IMG/VR virus record: IMGVR_UViG_3300020043_004908
Span: 1 to 38,081 of that record
Direction: 5' to 3' (one strand)
Source: a virus
Taxonomy: Duplodnaviria; Caudoviricetes
Length of the DNA: 38,081 nt
Shown here: one piece after another, positions 28,875 through 36,677 of the stretch
Position numbering within the stretch: position 1 is the stretch's first letter
Layout of the letters: each line of letters begins with the position of its first letter
Notes under the pieces: generated by a model
Told to the model about the DNA's origin: nothing
Databases searched by the model: none
The model's input: only the letters and a program-made list of their open reading frames with translations
Made by a program: the position numbers and the translations under genes

Positions 28875-29218
28875 TGAGAAATTTAACCGCAACTGTTTAC
28901 CGTGATGGTGCAGGTAGTCAAACTACGAGCGATTGGGTACGGGTAGGTGCTGAGGTATCGTGCAGGGGGTTGGTCGCAATCGTAACCCCTGCAACTGTTA
29001 CCTCTACCACTCTTACGGTTCAGGTCAGCCTGAATGGTACGGATGCCCTTAGTCACTATGACTACACTGGTGTTTCCTATGTGATTCCGATTCTAGCTAG
29101 CAGATGGATTTCTCTTGATCCTGCATTGTTTGCTGGATTTCCTTATGTTCGGATTGTCACAGGGTCAAACGAAGCGGCAGAGAGAACCTTCACACTTATG
29201 ACAACTGAGGTGGCGTGA
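28874..29218 (+). CDS. Small beta-rich structural protein
   Basis: LTVQVS.NG....YVRIV pattern. Confidence 0.6.
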   Translation: MRNLTATVYRDGAGSQTTSDWVRVGAEVSCRGLVAIVTPATVTSTTLTVQVSLNGTDALSHYDYTGVSYVIPILASRWISLDPALFAGFPYVRIVTGSNEAAERTFTLMTTEVA

Positions 29219-29688
29219 TGCTAAGTTTTGGCAGAAACCCAAAGGCTACAGTAGTCGTATCGCAAGGCACAGGCAGTCAGACTGTTAGCGGTACGGGTGC
29301 AGCTATTGATATGGCTCCGGGGTTGATAACTGTTCCTGGTGGGTTGATGAGTGCTACTGGGTCTATCAGGATTACGGCGACTTGGAAGTTTACTGGGACT
29401 ACTGCGGCTAAGACTTGTTTATTCAAGTTTGGTGGCACTACTTATTATTTGCAGGCTTATGCAAACACTGTGTTAAGTTCTGTTGCACAGACTGTATTGC
29501 ATAACAAAACCACAGCCAGTCAGGTTGCGGTTGGTGCTGGTCTTGCTACTGCTTTGGGTGCTACGACAGGAACAACGACCACATCTGCTGTAGATACTGC
29601 GAGTGATGTAGTTATCCAGATTACGTTTAGTGGCAATGCTGCTGATACTGCGTCACTTGAGCATTGGATAGTGGAGTATTTGCCATGA
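29215..29688 (+). CDS. Thr/Gly-rich virion-associated protein
   Basis: Coupled ORF with fibre-like composition. Confidence 0.55.
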   Translation: MMLSFGRNPKATVVVSQGTGSQTVSGTGAAIDMAPGLITVPGGLMSATGSIRITATWKFTGTTAAKTCLFKFGGTTYYLQAYANTVLSSVAQTVLHNKTTASQVAVGAGLATALGATTGTTTTSAVDTASDVVIQITFSGNAADTASLEHWIVEYLP

Positions 29689-29825
29689 TTAAGATCAAGA
29701 GCAAAGTTGTTGACGATGTGACTGTGCCTGTATCGCCTATCCCCGCTGGTTATGTTTATCTTACCTTCGATGGCAAGGATTTTGTTGTGTACTTTGAAGG
29801 TGATAAGTTACCTGTTCAGGAATAA
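29685..29825 (+). CDS. 46-aa hypothetical protein (not in ORF track)
   Basis: GGAG RBS, ATGA overlap; MIKIKSKVVDD...EGDKLPVQE. Confidence 0.55.
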   Translation: MIKIKSKVVDDVTVPVSPIPAGYVYLTFDGKDFVVYFEGDKLPVQE

Positions 29826-29837
29826 GGATATTTTGAT

Positions 29838-30194
29838 ATGAGCTGTGCAGAATGCCCAAACGCAGGATTGAGCGATAGAATCCAGAGAGTCGAGATGGAT
29901 AGTGCTAGGCTTATGGCGGCGCTTGAGGGTATCAAGGCTAACACTGATGAATTGGTATCATTCTCGCGCACTCAGGTAAGGATGGAAGAGCGGCAACTCA
30001 ATCAGGGTCAAGCGATTGAAAGGGCTTTTGCAGAGATTAAAGAATTTCATGATGATGGTGGTACACGACTAGCAGCGATTGAGGCTGAAATACCGACACT
30101 CGTTTTAGCTCGCAAGATGGTATTTGCATCGATGATATGGATGATTATGATGACTGCCACAATGGCATGGCAGATTATATTCAGGCAGTCATGA
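29838..30194 (+). CDS. Coiled-coil protein with a C-terminal TM segment (lysis module)
   Basis: Hydrophobic tail MVFASMIWMIMMTATMAW. Confidence 0.6.
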   Translation: MSCAECPNAGLSDRIQRVEMDSARLMAALEGIKANTDELVSFSRTQVRMEERQLNQGQAIERAFAEIKEFHDDGGTRLAAIEAEIPTLVLARKMVFASMIWMIMMTATMAWQIIFRQS

Positions 30195-30592
30195 TGAGCT
30201 TCGTAGACCTTGCCATTCTTGACGACATAAATTACAAGGTGAATCATTCACTCCGATATAAACCTGATGTAGGTAGCCACTATCAAAAAGCTGATGAGTC
30301 ACGCCGTCTCGGAACTGGAGATTGCGAGGACTACGCGATTCTCAAAGCGCAGGAATTGAAAGAGGCAGGTGTCGATGTTTCGTTGCTCACGATTGCGGTA
30401 TGCACTACAAGGCGATCTGATACTAACCACGCTGTGTTACTTGTTCCTAGTCGCAGGAGAGTTGGCATATTCAAGCGCAGGTGGGAAGATACGACTGTAG
30501 TGCTTGATAACTACAACGACACAATATATCGGTTTGAGAACACGGGCTATACGATTGTGCAAAAATATCCTGCATCGAGGTGGGTTGTATGA
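30191..30592 (+). CDS. Transglutaminase-like cysteine peptidase (BTLCP/LapG-like)
   Basis: GDCEDYAI.K, HAVL, VLDN catalytic-triad motifs. Confidence 0.82.
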   Translation: MMSFVDLAILDDINYKVNHSLRYKPDVGSHYQKADESRRLGTGDCEDYAILKAQELKEAGVDVSLLTIAVCTTRRSDTNHAVLLVPSRRRVGIFKRRWEDTTVVLDNYNDTIYRFENTGYTIVQKYPASRWVV

Positions 30593-31095
30593 GTTCAACA
30601 TGGGAAAAGGTAGGTCGCGCTGTTGCTGATGCTGCTCCGATACTTGGCGGCTTGTTGGGTGGTCCAGCGGGTGGTGCGGCAGGTGCTTTGATCGCATCGA
30701 CACTCGGATCATCATCCAGCCCGGAAGCTGTTCTGGAGAAAATGAAGTGTGATCCTGAATGGATTATGAAGGTACAGCAACTTGAATCCGATGAGCGAAA
30801 GCATTTGCTGGATCTGCAGGTGCAGACTTTGCAGGCAGAGCTGGCTGACGTTCAGAGCGCAAGACAGTCACATGCAGGGCATTGGATGCCTTCAGCTTTA
30901 ACTTTGTTCCTGACGGCTATGGTGTGCGCTATGACATATGCCGTGATAACGATGGTGATTCCTGCTGATAATAAAGATATGGCTGTCTATATTTTCGGCG
31001 TTGTTACTGGTGCATGGTCTAGCTCTATCGCGTATTGGATCGGCACATCACGCACATCATTTGCTAAAGATGCGATTATCGCGGGGTCAAAATGA
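30589..31095 (+). CDS. Holin-like membrane protein
   Basis: AP.LG.LLGGP.G; D..SAR; two C-terminal TM helices; YW.G.S. Confidence 0.7.
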   Translation: MSSTWEKVGRAVADAAPILGGLLGGPAGGAAGALIASTLGSSSSPEAVLEKMKCDPEWIMKVQQLESDERKHLLDLQVQTLQAELADVQSARQSHAGHWMPSALTLFLTAMVCAMTYAVITMVIPADNKDMAVYIFGVVTGAWSSSIAYWIGTSRTSFAKDAIIAGSK

Positions 31096-31544
31096 AACTG
31101 TCGCAAGCAGGCATTGACCTAATCAAGCACTTCGAGGGATGCTCGCACAAGGCTTATCTTTGTCCGGCAGGCGTACCCACAATCGGATATGGAGCAACAG
31201 GGCCGGATATTAAGCTAGGCATGACATGGACTCAGGCTCAGTGCGATGAAAGATTTCTACATGATGTATCATCATTCGAGCGTGACGTTAATTCACTCGT
31301 CAAAGTTCCGCTGACACAAGGACAATTCGATGCTTTGGTATCTTTCGCTTATAACTGTGGCTCTGATATTGACAGTGATGACATTGCCGAGGGATTAGGT
31401 GACTCGACACTGTTGAAGCTGTTGAACCAAGGGCATTATGACTTGGCCGCTAAACAATTCGGGCGGTGGATTAGCAAGGGTACAAGTGCAGAGCCTGGAT
31501 TAAGGCGCAGACGGAAGGCAGAGGAATTGCTGTTCATCGGATAA
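31092..31544 (+). CDS. Endolysin, GH24 lysozyme
   Basis: LIKHFEG....Y.CPAGV.TIGYG; QFDALVSF.YN.G; GL.RRR.AE. Confidence 0.93.
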   Translation: MKLSQAGIDLIKHFEGCSHKAYLCPAGVPTIGYGATGPDIKLGMTWTQAQCDERFLHDVSSFERDVNSLVKVPLTQGQFDALVSFAYNCGSDIDSDDIAEGLGDSTLLKLLNQGHYDLAAKQFGRWISKGTSAEPGLRRRRKAEELLFIG

Positions 31545-31574
31545 AAAAGGGGATGCTGACCAAGGCAATCCCCC
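31543..31574 (-). terminator. Terminator at the convergence of early and late operons
   Basis: A6 tract then GGGGAT-GC...GCAATCCCC hairpin. Confidence 0.65.
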
Positions 31575-31654
31575 GTGGTGCTTTAGCCGTAGATATTTGG
31601 CATGATGTTATCCTCTATCAGCATCGGGCGGTGCTGTATCCGCTAAATGTTGTT

Positions 31655-31876
31655 TCAGTCGCCCCAAAAATTACGCGCTCTGCCTGCTTCTGCAACAGCT
31701 ATTTCATGCCTTCTCTGCTCGTCTAGCCGCATCCTATCAATCCTTTTCTGCATCAAAACCTTGCCTTCCTCGCCCATTGAGTCGCACATTTCCTTAAATT
31801 GTTTCGATTCTTCAGCCGCTGCATATACGTTGTTAATGATCCCAACTGTCATTGCTGTTAATCCGAACATAATCAC
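31655..31876 (-). CDS. Hypothetical protein
   Basis: Coupled ORF with a hydrophobic N-terminus. Confidence 0.55.
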   Translation of the reverse strand: MIMFGLTAMTVGIINNVYAAAEESKQFKEMCDSMGEEGKVLMQKRIDRMRLDEQRRHEIAVAEAGRARNFWGD

Positions 31877-32052
31877 TCCAACCTCAAATGCTGCGTGTTT
31901 AAGTCAACCCCTTGCAGGTACGAGTAGTTATGATTATCGCGCTTCCGCTTAGGCTTTGCCGCTGCTTTCAACTGTTGAGAGCACTTCTCGTGGTTGAATT
32001 GCCTGCCTCGTTTACCGCCGCACACGGGGCAGTTGTAGCTGTCGAGCCTCAT
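31873..32052 (-). CDS. 59-aa protein with CxxC...H..C (not in ORF track)
   Basis: MRLDSYNCPVCGGKRGRQFNHEKCSQ...; GGGGA RBS. Confidence 0.55.
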   Translation of the reverse strand: MRLDSYNCPVCGGKRGRQFNHEKCSQQLKAAAKPKRKRDNHNYSYLQGVDLNTQHLRLE

Positions 32053-32061
32053 AAATATCCC

Positions 32062-32217
32062 CTATGCTCCAACTTTACCGCGCACAAATACAAACGCAAA
32101 CCTGTACCAGATAAATTGCGCTTGATTGCCAGAAAAATAGTCAAAACGCTGAATCTTCCACCATGGCGCGGCGTTGCGCTTTCCATAAACATCAACCCTA
32201 TCAAGTTTCCATTTCAT
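32062..32217 (-). CDS. 51-aa hypothetical protein, cassette 4 (not in ORF track)
   Basis: MKWKLDRVDV...RGKVGA; GAGG RBS; stop in the degenerate R' CCTATGC. Confidence 0.6.
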   Translation of the reverse strand: MKWKLDRVDVYGKRNAAPWWKIQRFDYFSGNQAQFIWYRFAFVFVRGKVGA

Positions 32218-32239
32218 AAATTACCTCTCTTATGTTTAC

Positions 32240-32314
32240 GCATAACAAGTCATTCAACGCGGACTCGCTTAATTCACTTTGTTCATTCGCTCACCTGTTA
32301 GCTTGGGGTTATGT
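32240..32314 (+). other. attC-like site C (75 bp)
   Basis: GCATAAC-AAGTC-ATTCAACG...TGTTAGC-TTGGG-GTTATGT. Confidence 0.8.
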
Positions 32315-32593
32315 TTCACTGCGCTTTGCCTGCTTTGCTAGTGATATAAACCCGTTTATAAAATTAACAAACCGCTCTGCTTCGCACCTATCATCACCGA
32401 GCGGAATACCATCAAAACCGTTGCCTTTTAATATGCAACCCTCCCCGTAATCCTTAACACTGAAATGTTCTTGGTCTACATACTCAAGGGAGCGCCTATA
32501 CTTTGCGTCAGAAACAAAAACATACTGGCCTTGCTCAATTCCTCCAAGAGTTAGAGTTATTCTAGCCCCATCATAATTTACAACTTCAGTCAT
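32309..32593 (-). CDS. Hypothetical protein, cassette 5
   Basis: Start reassigned to ATG 32593 (GAGGA RBS); stop in R' of site C. Confidence 0.7.
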   Translation of the reverse strand: MTEVVNYDGARITLTLGGIEQGQYVFVSDAKYRRSLEYVDQEHFSVKDYGEGCILKGNGFDGIPLGDDRCEAERFVNFINGFISLAKQAKRSET

Positions 32594-32662
32594 ACTATTA
32601 TCCTCGAAGGTGAAACATAACAACGCGCTCAACTCGGACGCTTCGCGCCGGTTAGCTTTTGG
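32309..32662. mobile_element. attC gene cassette 5
   Basis: GTTATGTTTCAC (32308-32319) is the exact complement of GTGAAACATAAC (32610-32621). Confidence 0.85.
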
Positions 32663-32668
32663 TTATGT
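32615..32668 (+). other. attC-like site D (54 bp)
   Basis: ACATAAC-AACGC-GCTCAACT-CGGACGCTTCGCGCC-GGTTAGC-TTTTG-GTTATGT. Confidence 0.85.
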
Positions 32669-32872
32669 GAATTGCTTGCAGTAAACCCAAGCGACAATAT
32701 CTAGCAGCTCAATCATGCGCGTGTCTTTGTAATGACCGCAATCGCTGCGCTCAACATACACAATATCGTTACCAGCACATTTTATAACTTCAAGCACACC
32801 ATCATCGCCATACATAAGTCCGCCGTTTTCTTTCAAATAGTCGCGCAATAGCTTGGTAATATCTTTGCTCAT
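32663..32872 (-). CDS. Hypothetical protein, cassette 6
   Basis: AAGGTG RBS; stop in R' of site D. Confidence 0.7.
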   Translation of the reverse strand: MSKDITKLLRDYLKENGGLMYGDDGVLEVIKCAGNDIVYVERSDCGHYKDTRMIELLDIVAWVYCKQFT

Positions 32873-32908
32873 ATCGTCACCTTGTAGTTAAAATTCACAT
32901 AACAACGC
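32663..32908. mobile_element. attC gene cassette 6 (closing attC truncated after R'' and spacer)
   Basis: GTTATGTGAATT (32662-32673) is the exact complement of AATTCACATAAC (32892-32903), followed by AACGC. Confidence 0.78.
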
Positions 32909-32934
32909 AGACAGCAGCTCCGGTGTGTGCTGTG

Positions 32935-33117
32935 TCATAATAAATCCCTCACTCTTATCATCTGGCTGTGCAGCTCTCGCACATCCGCCTCGGTTACTGC
33001 ATGACCGCACCTGACAGCTATCAATGTGTTTGCCATCTTGTACAGACCTGCCTCGACTAGCGCAGGTATCCACTCGTCATCATCCATCTGCTTAATCTCT
33101 GCGATTAAGTTAATCAT
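32935..33117 (-). CDS. Hypothetical protein
   Basis: ATGA-coupled ORF MINLIAEIKQ... Confidence 0.55.
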   Translation of the reverse strand: MINLIAEIKQMDDDEWIPALVEAGLYKMANTLIAVRCGHAVTEADVRELHSQMIRVRDLL

Positions 33118-33338
33118 TCGCGCTCCCACTTATCACGGTTGTCTTTGATTGCTTTCATTATGTCGTCAAGGTGTGCGTCAAAGTCAACCAAATCACCGTC
33201 ACGGTCTAGCACATCAACCACTTCGATGTTATCGCGTGAGCGGCCTTCCATTTCCTCTGTATCAACTTCAAAGTAAACAGTGACTAATTCTGGCGCATCT
33301 TCAACTATTTCCAGTACCGTATCTATTGAGTAGTTCAT
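33114..33338 (-). CDS. Acidic hypothetical protein
   Basis: 74 aa, very D/E-rich. Confidence 0.6.
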   Translation of the reverse strand: MNYSIDTVLEIVEDAPELVTVYFEVDTEEMEGRSRDNIEVVDVLDRDGDLVDFDAHLDDIMKAIKDNRDKWERE

Positions 33339-33342
33339 ATTG

Positions 33343-33837
33343 TCACCATGCCATTCTGAGAAGTCGATTGCCTAATCTAGCACATCCAACACGATCCTCA
33401 ACTGTGGAATATACGGAGGGAAACTCAGGGTCTTTGGCGCTGCGCTCTTTAATCCTACGTCTGCGGTTTTTATCCCTGTTCGCTGGGTTTGGCTGCTTGA
33501 GTTCGAGGTTGCCGATAGCGTTGTTGGTAATGTCGCCATCCTTGTTCATAACGTATGAACCGTTGGACTCACCAAAAATTGGCACCCAATTAGGAGAATC
33601 GCATCTGAATGCCATCCACACAAGCCTACGCACTGACTTTGACGTATAGCCCTCAGCGTTCTTGAGACTCACGTTGTAGCAGTTATTGCCTAGCTTCTGC
33701 TGCACGATGCGGCCAGGCAGAAACCTCTCGCCTGCTTTGCTGTGTGCTTTTATCATCCTGTCCTTCGAGCGAACAAATCCAGTATTAGAAACCTGATAAT
33801 CAGGGTAGCTCGGTATGTCTTTCCATATCTCAGTCAC
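33343..33837 (-). CDS. NUMOD4-domain protein with a degenerate HNH
   Basis: EIWKDIP.Y..YQVSN.G.VRS (NUMOD4); SVRRLVWMAF...VMNKDGDITNN..NLE. Confidence 0.82.
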   Translation of the reverse strand: MTEIWKDIPSYPDYQVSNTGFVRSKDRMIKAHSKAGERFLPGRIVQQKLGNNCYNVSLKNAEGYTSKSVRRLVWMAFRCDSPNWVPIFGESNGSYVMNKDGDITNNAIGNLELKQPNPANRDKNRRRRIKERSAKDPEFPSVYSTVEDRVGCARLGNRLLRMAW

Positions 33838-33857
33838 GCTACGTTACTCCTATTTGT

Positions 33858-34178
33858 TTATTGTATTCTGGTTGCGAGTTCATCGCATAGACGTCTAATA
33901 GCAATTCCGTTTCTATACCATTCATCAACACCGCGTGGATTGTGTACAGTCCTCATTGTTGGTCGTTTCTTTCCAATCCTATACATCAGGTTTTTTCTTT
34001 GTGCTTTACTTGTTATGCCAAGTGCTTTATTCAATAGCCTTCTTTTTCTTTCAAGTCTAGCAATTAAATACACAAGCTCATCCTTTTGTATGTCATGCTC
34101 AACAGACTGATTGTATGTAATCATATTCCTAGCAGTTCCATTTACAGGACTGCGAACAAATATCTCGTAAAAATCCAT
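33858..34178 (-). CDS. Basic hypothetical protein
   Basis: GGAGG RBS; lies between 17-bp direct repeats and next to an attC half-site. Confidence 0.65.
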   Translation of the reverse strand: MDFYEIFVRSPVNGTARNMITYNQSVEHDIQKDELVYLIARLERKRRLLNKALGITSKAQRKNLMYRIGKKRPTMRTVHNPRGVDEWYRNGIAIRRLCDELATRIQ

Positions 34179-34192
34179 TCATGCCTCCAAAA

Positions 34193-34212
34193 ATATAACA
34201 ACTTGCTCAATA
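34193..34212 (+). other. attC left half-site remnant
   Basis: ATATAAC-AACTT-GCTCAATA matches R''-spacer-L'' of site A. Confidence 0.55.
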
Positions 34213-34225
34213 TCTATCACATCAC

Positions 34226-34429
34226 TCACGCTACGTTACTCCATGGCTTGTGTATCAATGCAACTACTACATCAGGTATCGGTGTACTCTCAATAACATC
34301 CGGTGCTGTGTCTCGTTTGCGCTCTCGTCTAATCCGCTGCTGTATCAGGTGGCACGTTGGGCACTTCATGCTTGAACCCCAAAGGATTTTAGCGTGGCCG
34401 TATGAGCAGTGTGTGCTAGTGCCTTTCAT
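34226..34429 (-). CDS. Small Cys/His protein
   Basis: HC..GH........CPTC. Confidence 0.55.
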   Translation of the reverse strand: MKGTSTHCSYGHAKILWGSSMKCPTCHLIQQRIRRERKRDTAPDVIESTPIPDVVVALIHKPWSNVA

Positions 34430-34701
34430 TTGCTTTCCTTGGCGATGGCTTTCTCAAACTCTCCATGGATTGAATATCCAAGCCCACCATGATTGTTTGC
34501 CCACTTGATAACGTTCAGCAGCTCGGCGTTCTTCACGCAAAGGTCGGCATTCTGTTGAGCCTGCCTCACGGCTTCGGCTGCAAGTCTTGATGATTGCTCT
34601 TTCAGCTCTGCGTTCTGTTGCTTTAACTCCTGCACTCGTTTAATCATGTGCGCTGCCCACTCTTCTGCATCGCGCTCGACATTATACTCATGTTGTGTCA
34701 T
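34426..34701 (-). CDS. Coiled-coil hypothetical protein
   Basis: Heptad repeats; ELL......AIAKE ending common in phage early genes. Confidence 0.6.
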   Translation of the reverse strand: MTQHEYNVERDAEEWAAHMIKRVQELKQQNAELKEQSSRLAAEAVRQAQQNADLCVKNAELLNVIKWANNHGGLGYSIHGEFEKAIAKESK

Positions 34702-34907
34702 CAGTATTTACTCCCGTAGACTGAGCGAAATTCGTAACGCATTAACTTTGGCATTCCTTGCTGCCCTTTTATATCAAAATACTCGTCACACCTATCCATC
34801 CTCTCTGTTCTAATTTCAAAAGGCCGCTTTGGTCGCAGGTTACGCTTTGAGTTGTACTCTCCCCAAGCCATGAAGCATTGCTCTTTTGTGCGTTGATACT
34901 TGCTCAT
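34701..34907 (-). CDS. Hypothetical protein
   Basis: GGGAG RBS; flanked by 13-bp direct repeats. Confidence 0.6.
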   Translation of the reverse strand: MSKYQRTKEQCFMAWGEYNSKRNLRPKRPFEIRTERMDRCDEYFDIKGQQGMPKLMRYEFRSVYGSKY

Positions 34908-34943
34908 AATTTACTCCCGTAATGCCATCCTTGGCTGTGTTGG

Positions 34944-35345
34944 CTAAAATGGAATTGAATCCTCGAACATTGGAGGCGCTTGCTCTTGCTGTTTCGCTGG
35001 TGCTGATTTCTCACCCTTGCTGTCTAGCATTTGGAGTTCATTCGCTACAATCTCAGTCGTGTATTGATCCTTGCCGTCTTTGTCCTGCCACTTGCGAGTC
35101 TTAATCTTGCCCTCTATGTAAACCTTGCTTCCCTTTACAACGTAGTCACGGATAATCTCAGCAAGTTTTCCAAATGCCGATACCCGATGCCACTCTGTAG
35201 ACTCCTGCTTGTTGCCTTGCTTATCCTTCCACGATTCGCTCGTTGCTACTGACAGGTTCACGATGCAATCACCTGATGCCGTAGCTCGTACTTCGGGGTC
35301 TTTTCCTACCGAGCCAATAATTATTGCCTTATTCACGCCTCTCAT
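34944..35345 (-). CDS. ssb: Single-stranded DNA-binding protein
   Basis: [18 protein letters not shown]; EWHRV; [13 protein letters not shown]; acidic DSIPF tail. Confidence 0.95.
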   Translation of the reverse strand: MRGVNKAIIIGSVGKDPEVRATASGDCIVNLSVATSESWKDKQGNKQESTEWHRVSAFGKLAEIIRDYVVKGSKVYIEGKIKTRKWQDKDGKDQYTTEIVANELQMLDSKGEKSAPAKQQEQAPPMFEDSIPF

Positions 35346-35569
35346 TTTGCTTTCCTCGGTTGTTTAGTGATTCGATACTTCTTAACTCTCGCTGTATTGT
35401 CACCGTATCGGCTCGGTACTACGCACCACGATGACTTAAACTCATACCCTAACGCTTGCAGGTCTGACAGCCTACGATGCAGTGAGAGGATTCCTATCTT
35501 CATTGCGCCAAATGTTGTGATGTAGCCGTATTTGTTGCAGTGGTCTACGATTGCCTGTGACTGGTTCAT
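35342..35569 (-). CDS. Small winged-HTH protein
   Basis: SQ..AI.......IT...A...GI..L..R.SDL...GY; start reassigned to ATG 35569. Confidence 0.7.
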   Translation of the reverse strand: MNQSQAIVDHCNKYGYITTFGAMKIGILSLHRRLSDLQALGYEFKSSWCVVPSRYGDNTARVKKYRITKQPRKAK

Positions 35570-36102
35570 TCTGCACCTATACACATTTTGATGAATGGTT
35601 TGGTAATTGTTTCGAGGTATTTTTTATCTGACTCGTTTAATCTATCATCGTCATAATCAAGCCACTCCTGCACGGTTTTCTTTGTGCATCCTCCCCATAC
35701 TATTTCTTTGTCTAGTACGATGATTCTGTATGGATCAATTTGCAGGCATTGCATTCTCGCATTACCGCCGTAAGCGTCACGCAGGTTAGCGCCACGCAGG
35801 TTAGCGCCACGCAGGTTAGCGCCACTCAGGTCAGCGCCACTCAGGTAAGCGTCACGCAGGTCAGCGCCACGCAGGTCAGCGCCACGCAGGTTAGCGCCAC
35901 TCAGGTAAGCGCCACTCAGGTAAGCGTCACTCAGGTTAGCGCCACTCAGGTAAGCGCCACTCAGGTTAGCGCCACGCAGGTTAGCGCCACGCAGGTTAGC
36001 GCCACGCAGGTTAGCGCCACTCAGGTCAGCGCATGATCCTCCTTCATTTCGCAACCACTTTCCATGCTCTGCCACTATATTATCAAGCTCTGATTTGTTC
36101 AT
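35566..36102 (-). CDS. Pentapeptide repeat protein
   Basis: 17 A(D/N/Y)L(S/R)(G/D) units; H.KWL N-terminus and GC......W C-terminus. Confidence 0.92.
   Translation of the reverse strand: MNKSELDNIVAEHGKWLRNEGGSCADLSGANLRGANLRGANLRGANLSGAYLSGANLSDAYLSGAYLSGANLRGADLRGADLRDAYLSGADLSGANLRGANLRGANLRDAYGGNARMQCLQIDPYRIIVLDKEIVWGGCTKKTVQEWLDYDDDRLNESDKKYLETITKPFIKMCIGAE
35776..36030. repeat. 15-bp coding tandem repeat x17
   Basis: Units such as gccacgcaggttagc. Confidence 0.95.
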
Positions 36103-36284
36103 TCTGCACCCCCTTGAGTATTCAGCCAGGCTAATGCCCGTGCTAGTGCTTTGCTTGCTGACCGCGCAAAAAACAGCGCATTGATTTGGTCAATCCGAGC
36201 AACAAACGAGCGACCTGATCTATAAACCCTGACTGTTTTGCCGCAGTCTGTTGGATATACGTGCAGCTCTGTCTTGTCCATCAC
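36099..36284 (-). CDS. Hypothetical protein
   Basis: Coupled ORF. Confidence 0.55.
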   Translation of the reverse strand: MMDKTELHVYPTDCGKTVRVYRSGRSFVARIDQINALFFARSASKALARALAWLNTQGGAE

Positions 36285-36607
36285 GCACCCCCTACGATTG
36301 CTTGCAACTTGATAATGATGCCCATTAAATACATTGCGTCATCTCCGTTGCAGTTCATCATTTCGCACTTGTCAAAATCAACAGGGACTAGCATGTACTC
36401 GCCAAGATTAACGTACTCTGTAACAGTAAAATCAGTGTGCAAAATAACTGTAATTCCTTGAGTTCCGCCGAATATCTGTACTGAAACAAACGCTTTGCGC
36501 TGCTCGTAGCACTGACGCGCTAGATCAATTATTTCGTGAATCATATCGGATGGATTCATCTGGTTTGGTTCAAAATCAGGATGGTCGTATATCATTATGT
36601 CTGACAT
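36281..36607 (-). CDS. Hypothetical protein (allele of 1..278)
   Basis: GAGGA RBS; mostly synonymous divergence from the left copy supports coding. Confidence 0.8.
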   Translation of the reverse strand: MSDIMIYDHPDFEPNQMNPSDMIHEIIDLARQCYEQRKAFVSVQIFGGTQGITVILHTDFTVTEYVNLGEYMLVPVDFDKCEMMNCNGDDAMYLMGIIIKLQAIVGGA

Positions 36608-36677
36608 GGTATTTCCTCGCTGGGTTGGTGTGCTAATCGTTTCACGTCCTTGTGAATGGTTGTATACGTGATTACCA

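Noticed and set aside
26743-29825. Diversity-generating retroelement, as in BPP-1-like phages
   Set aside because: No reverse transcriptase or avd ORF, and no TR/VR repeat pair seen near the fibre genes.
31912-32450. Plus-strand ORFs 31912..32301 and 32232..32450
   Set aside because: Shadow frames across minus-strand genes and attC site C; no RBS.
35776-36030. CRISPR array, or the plus-strand VSATQ-repeat ORF 35740..36036
   Set aside because: Contiguous 15-bp units without spacers; fully explained by the minus-strand pentapeptide gene.
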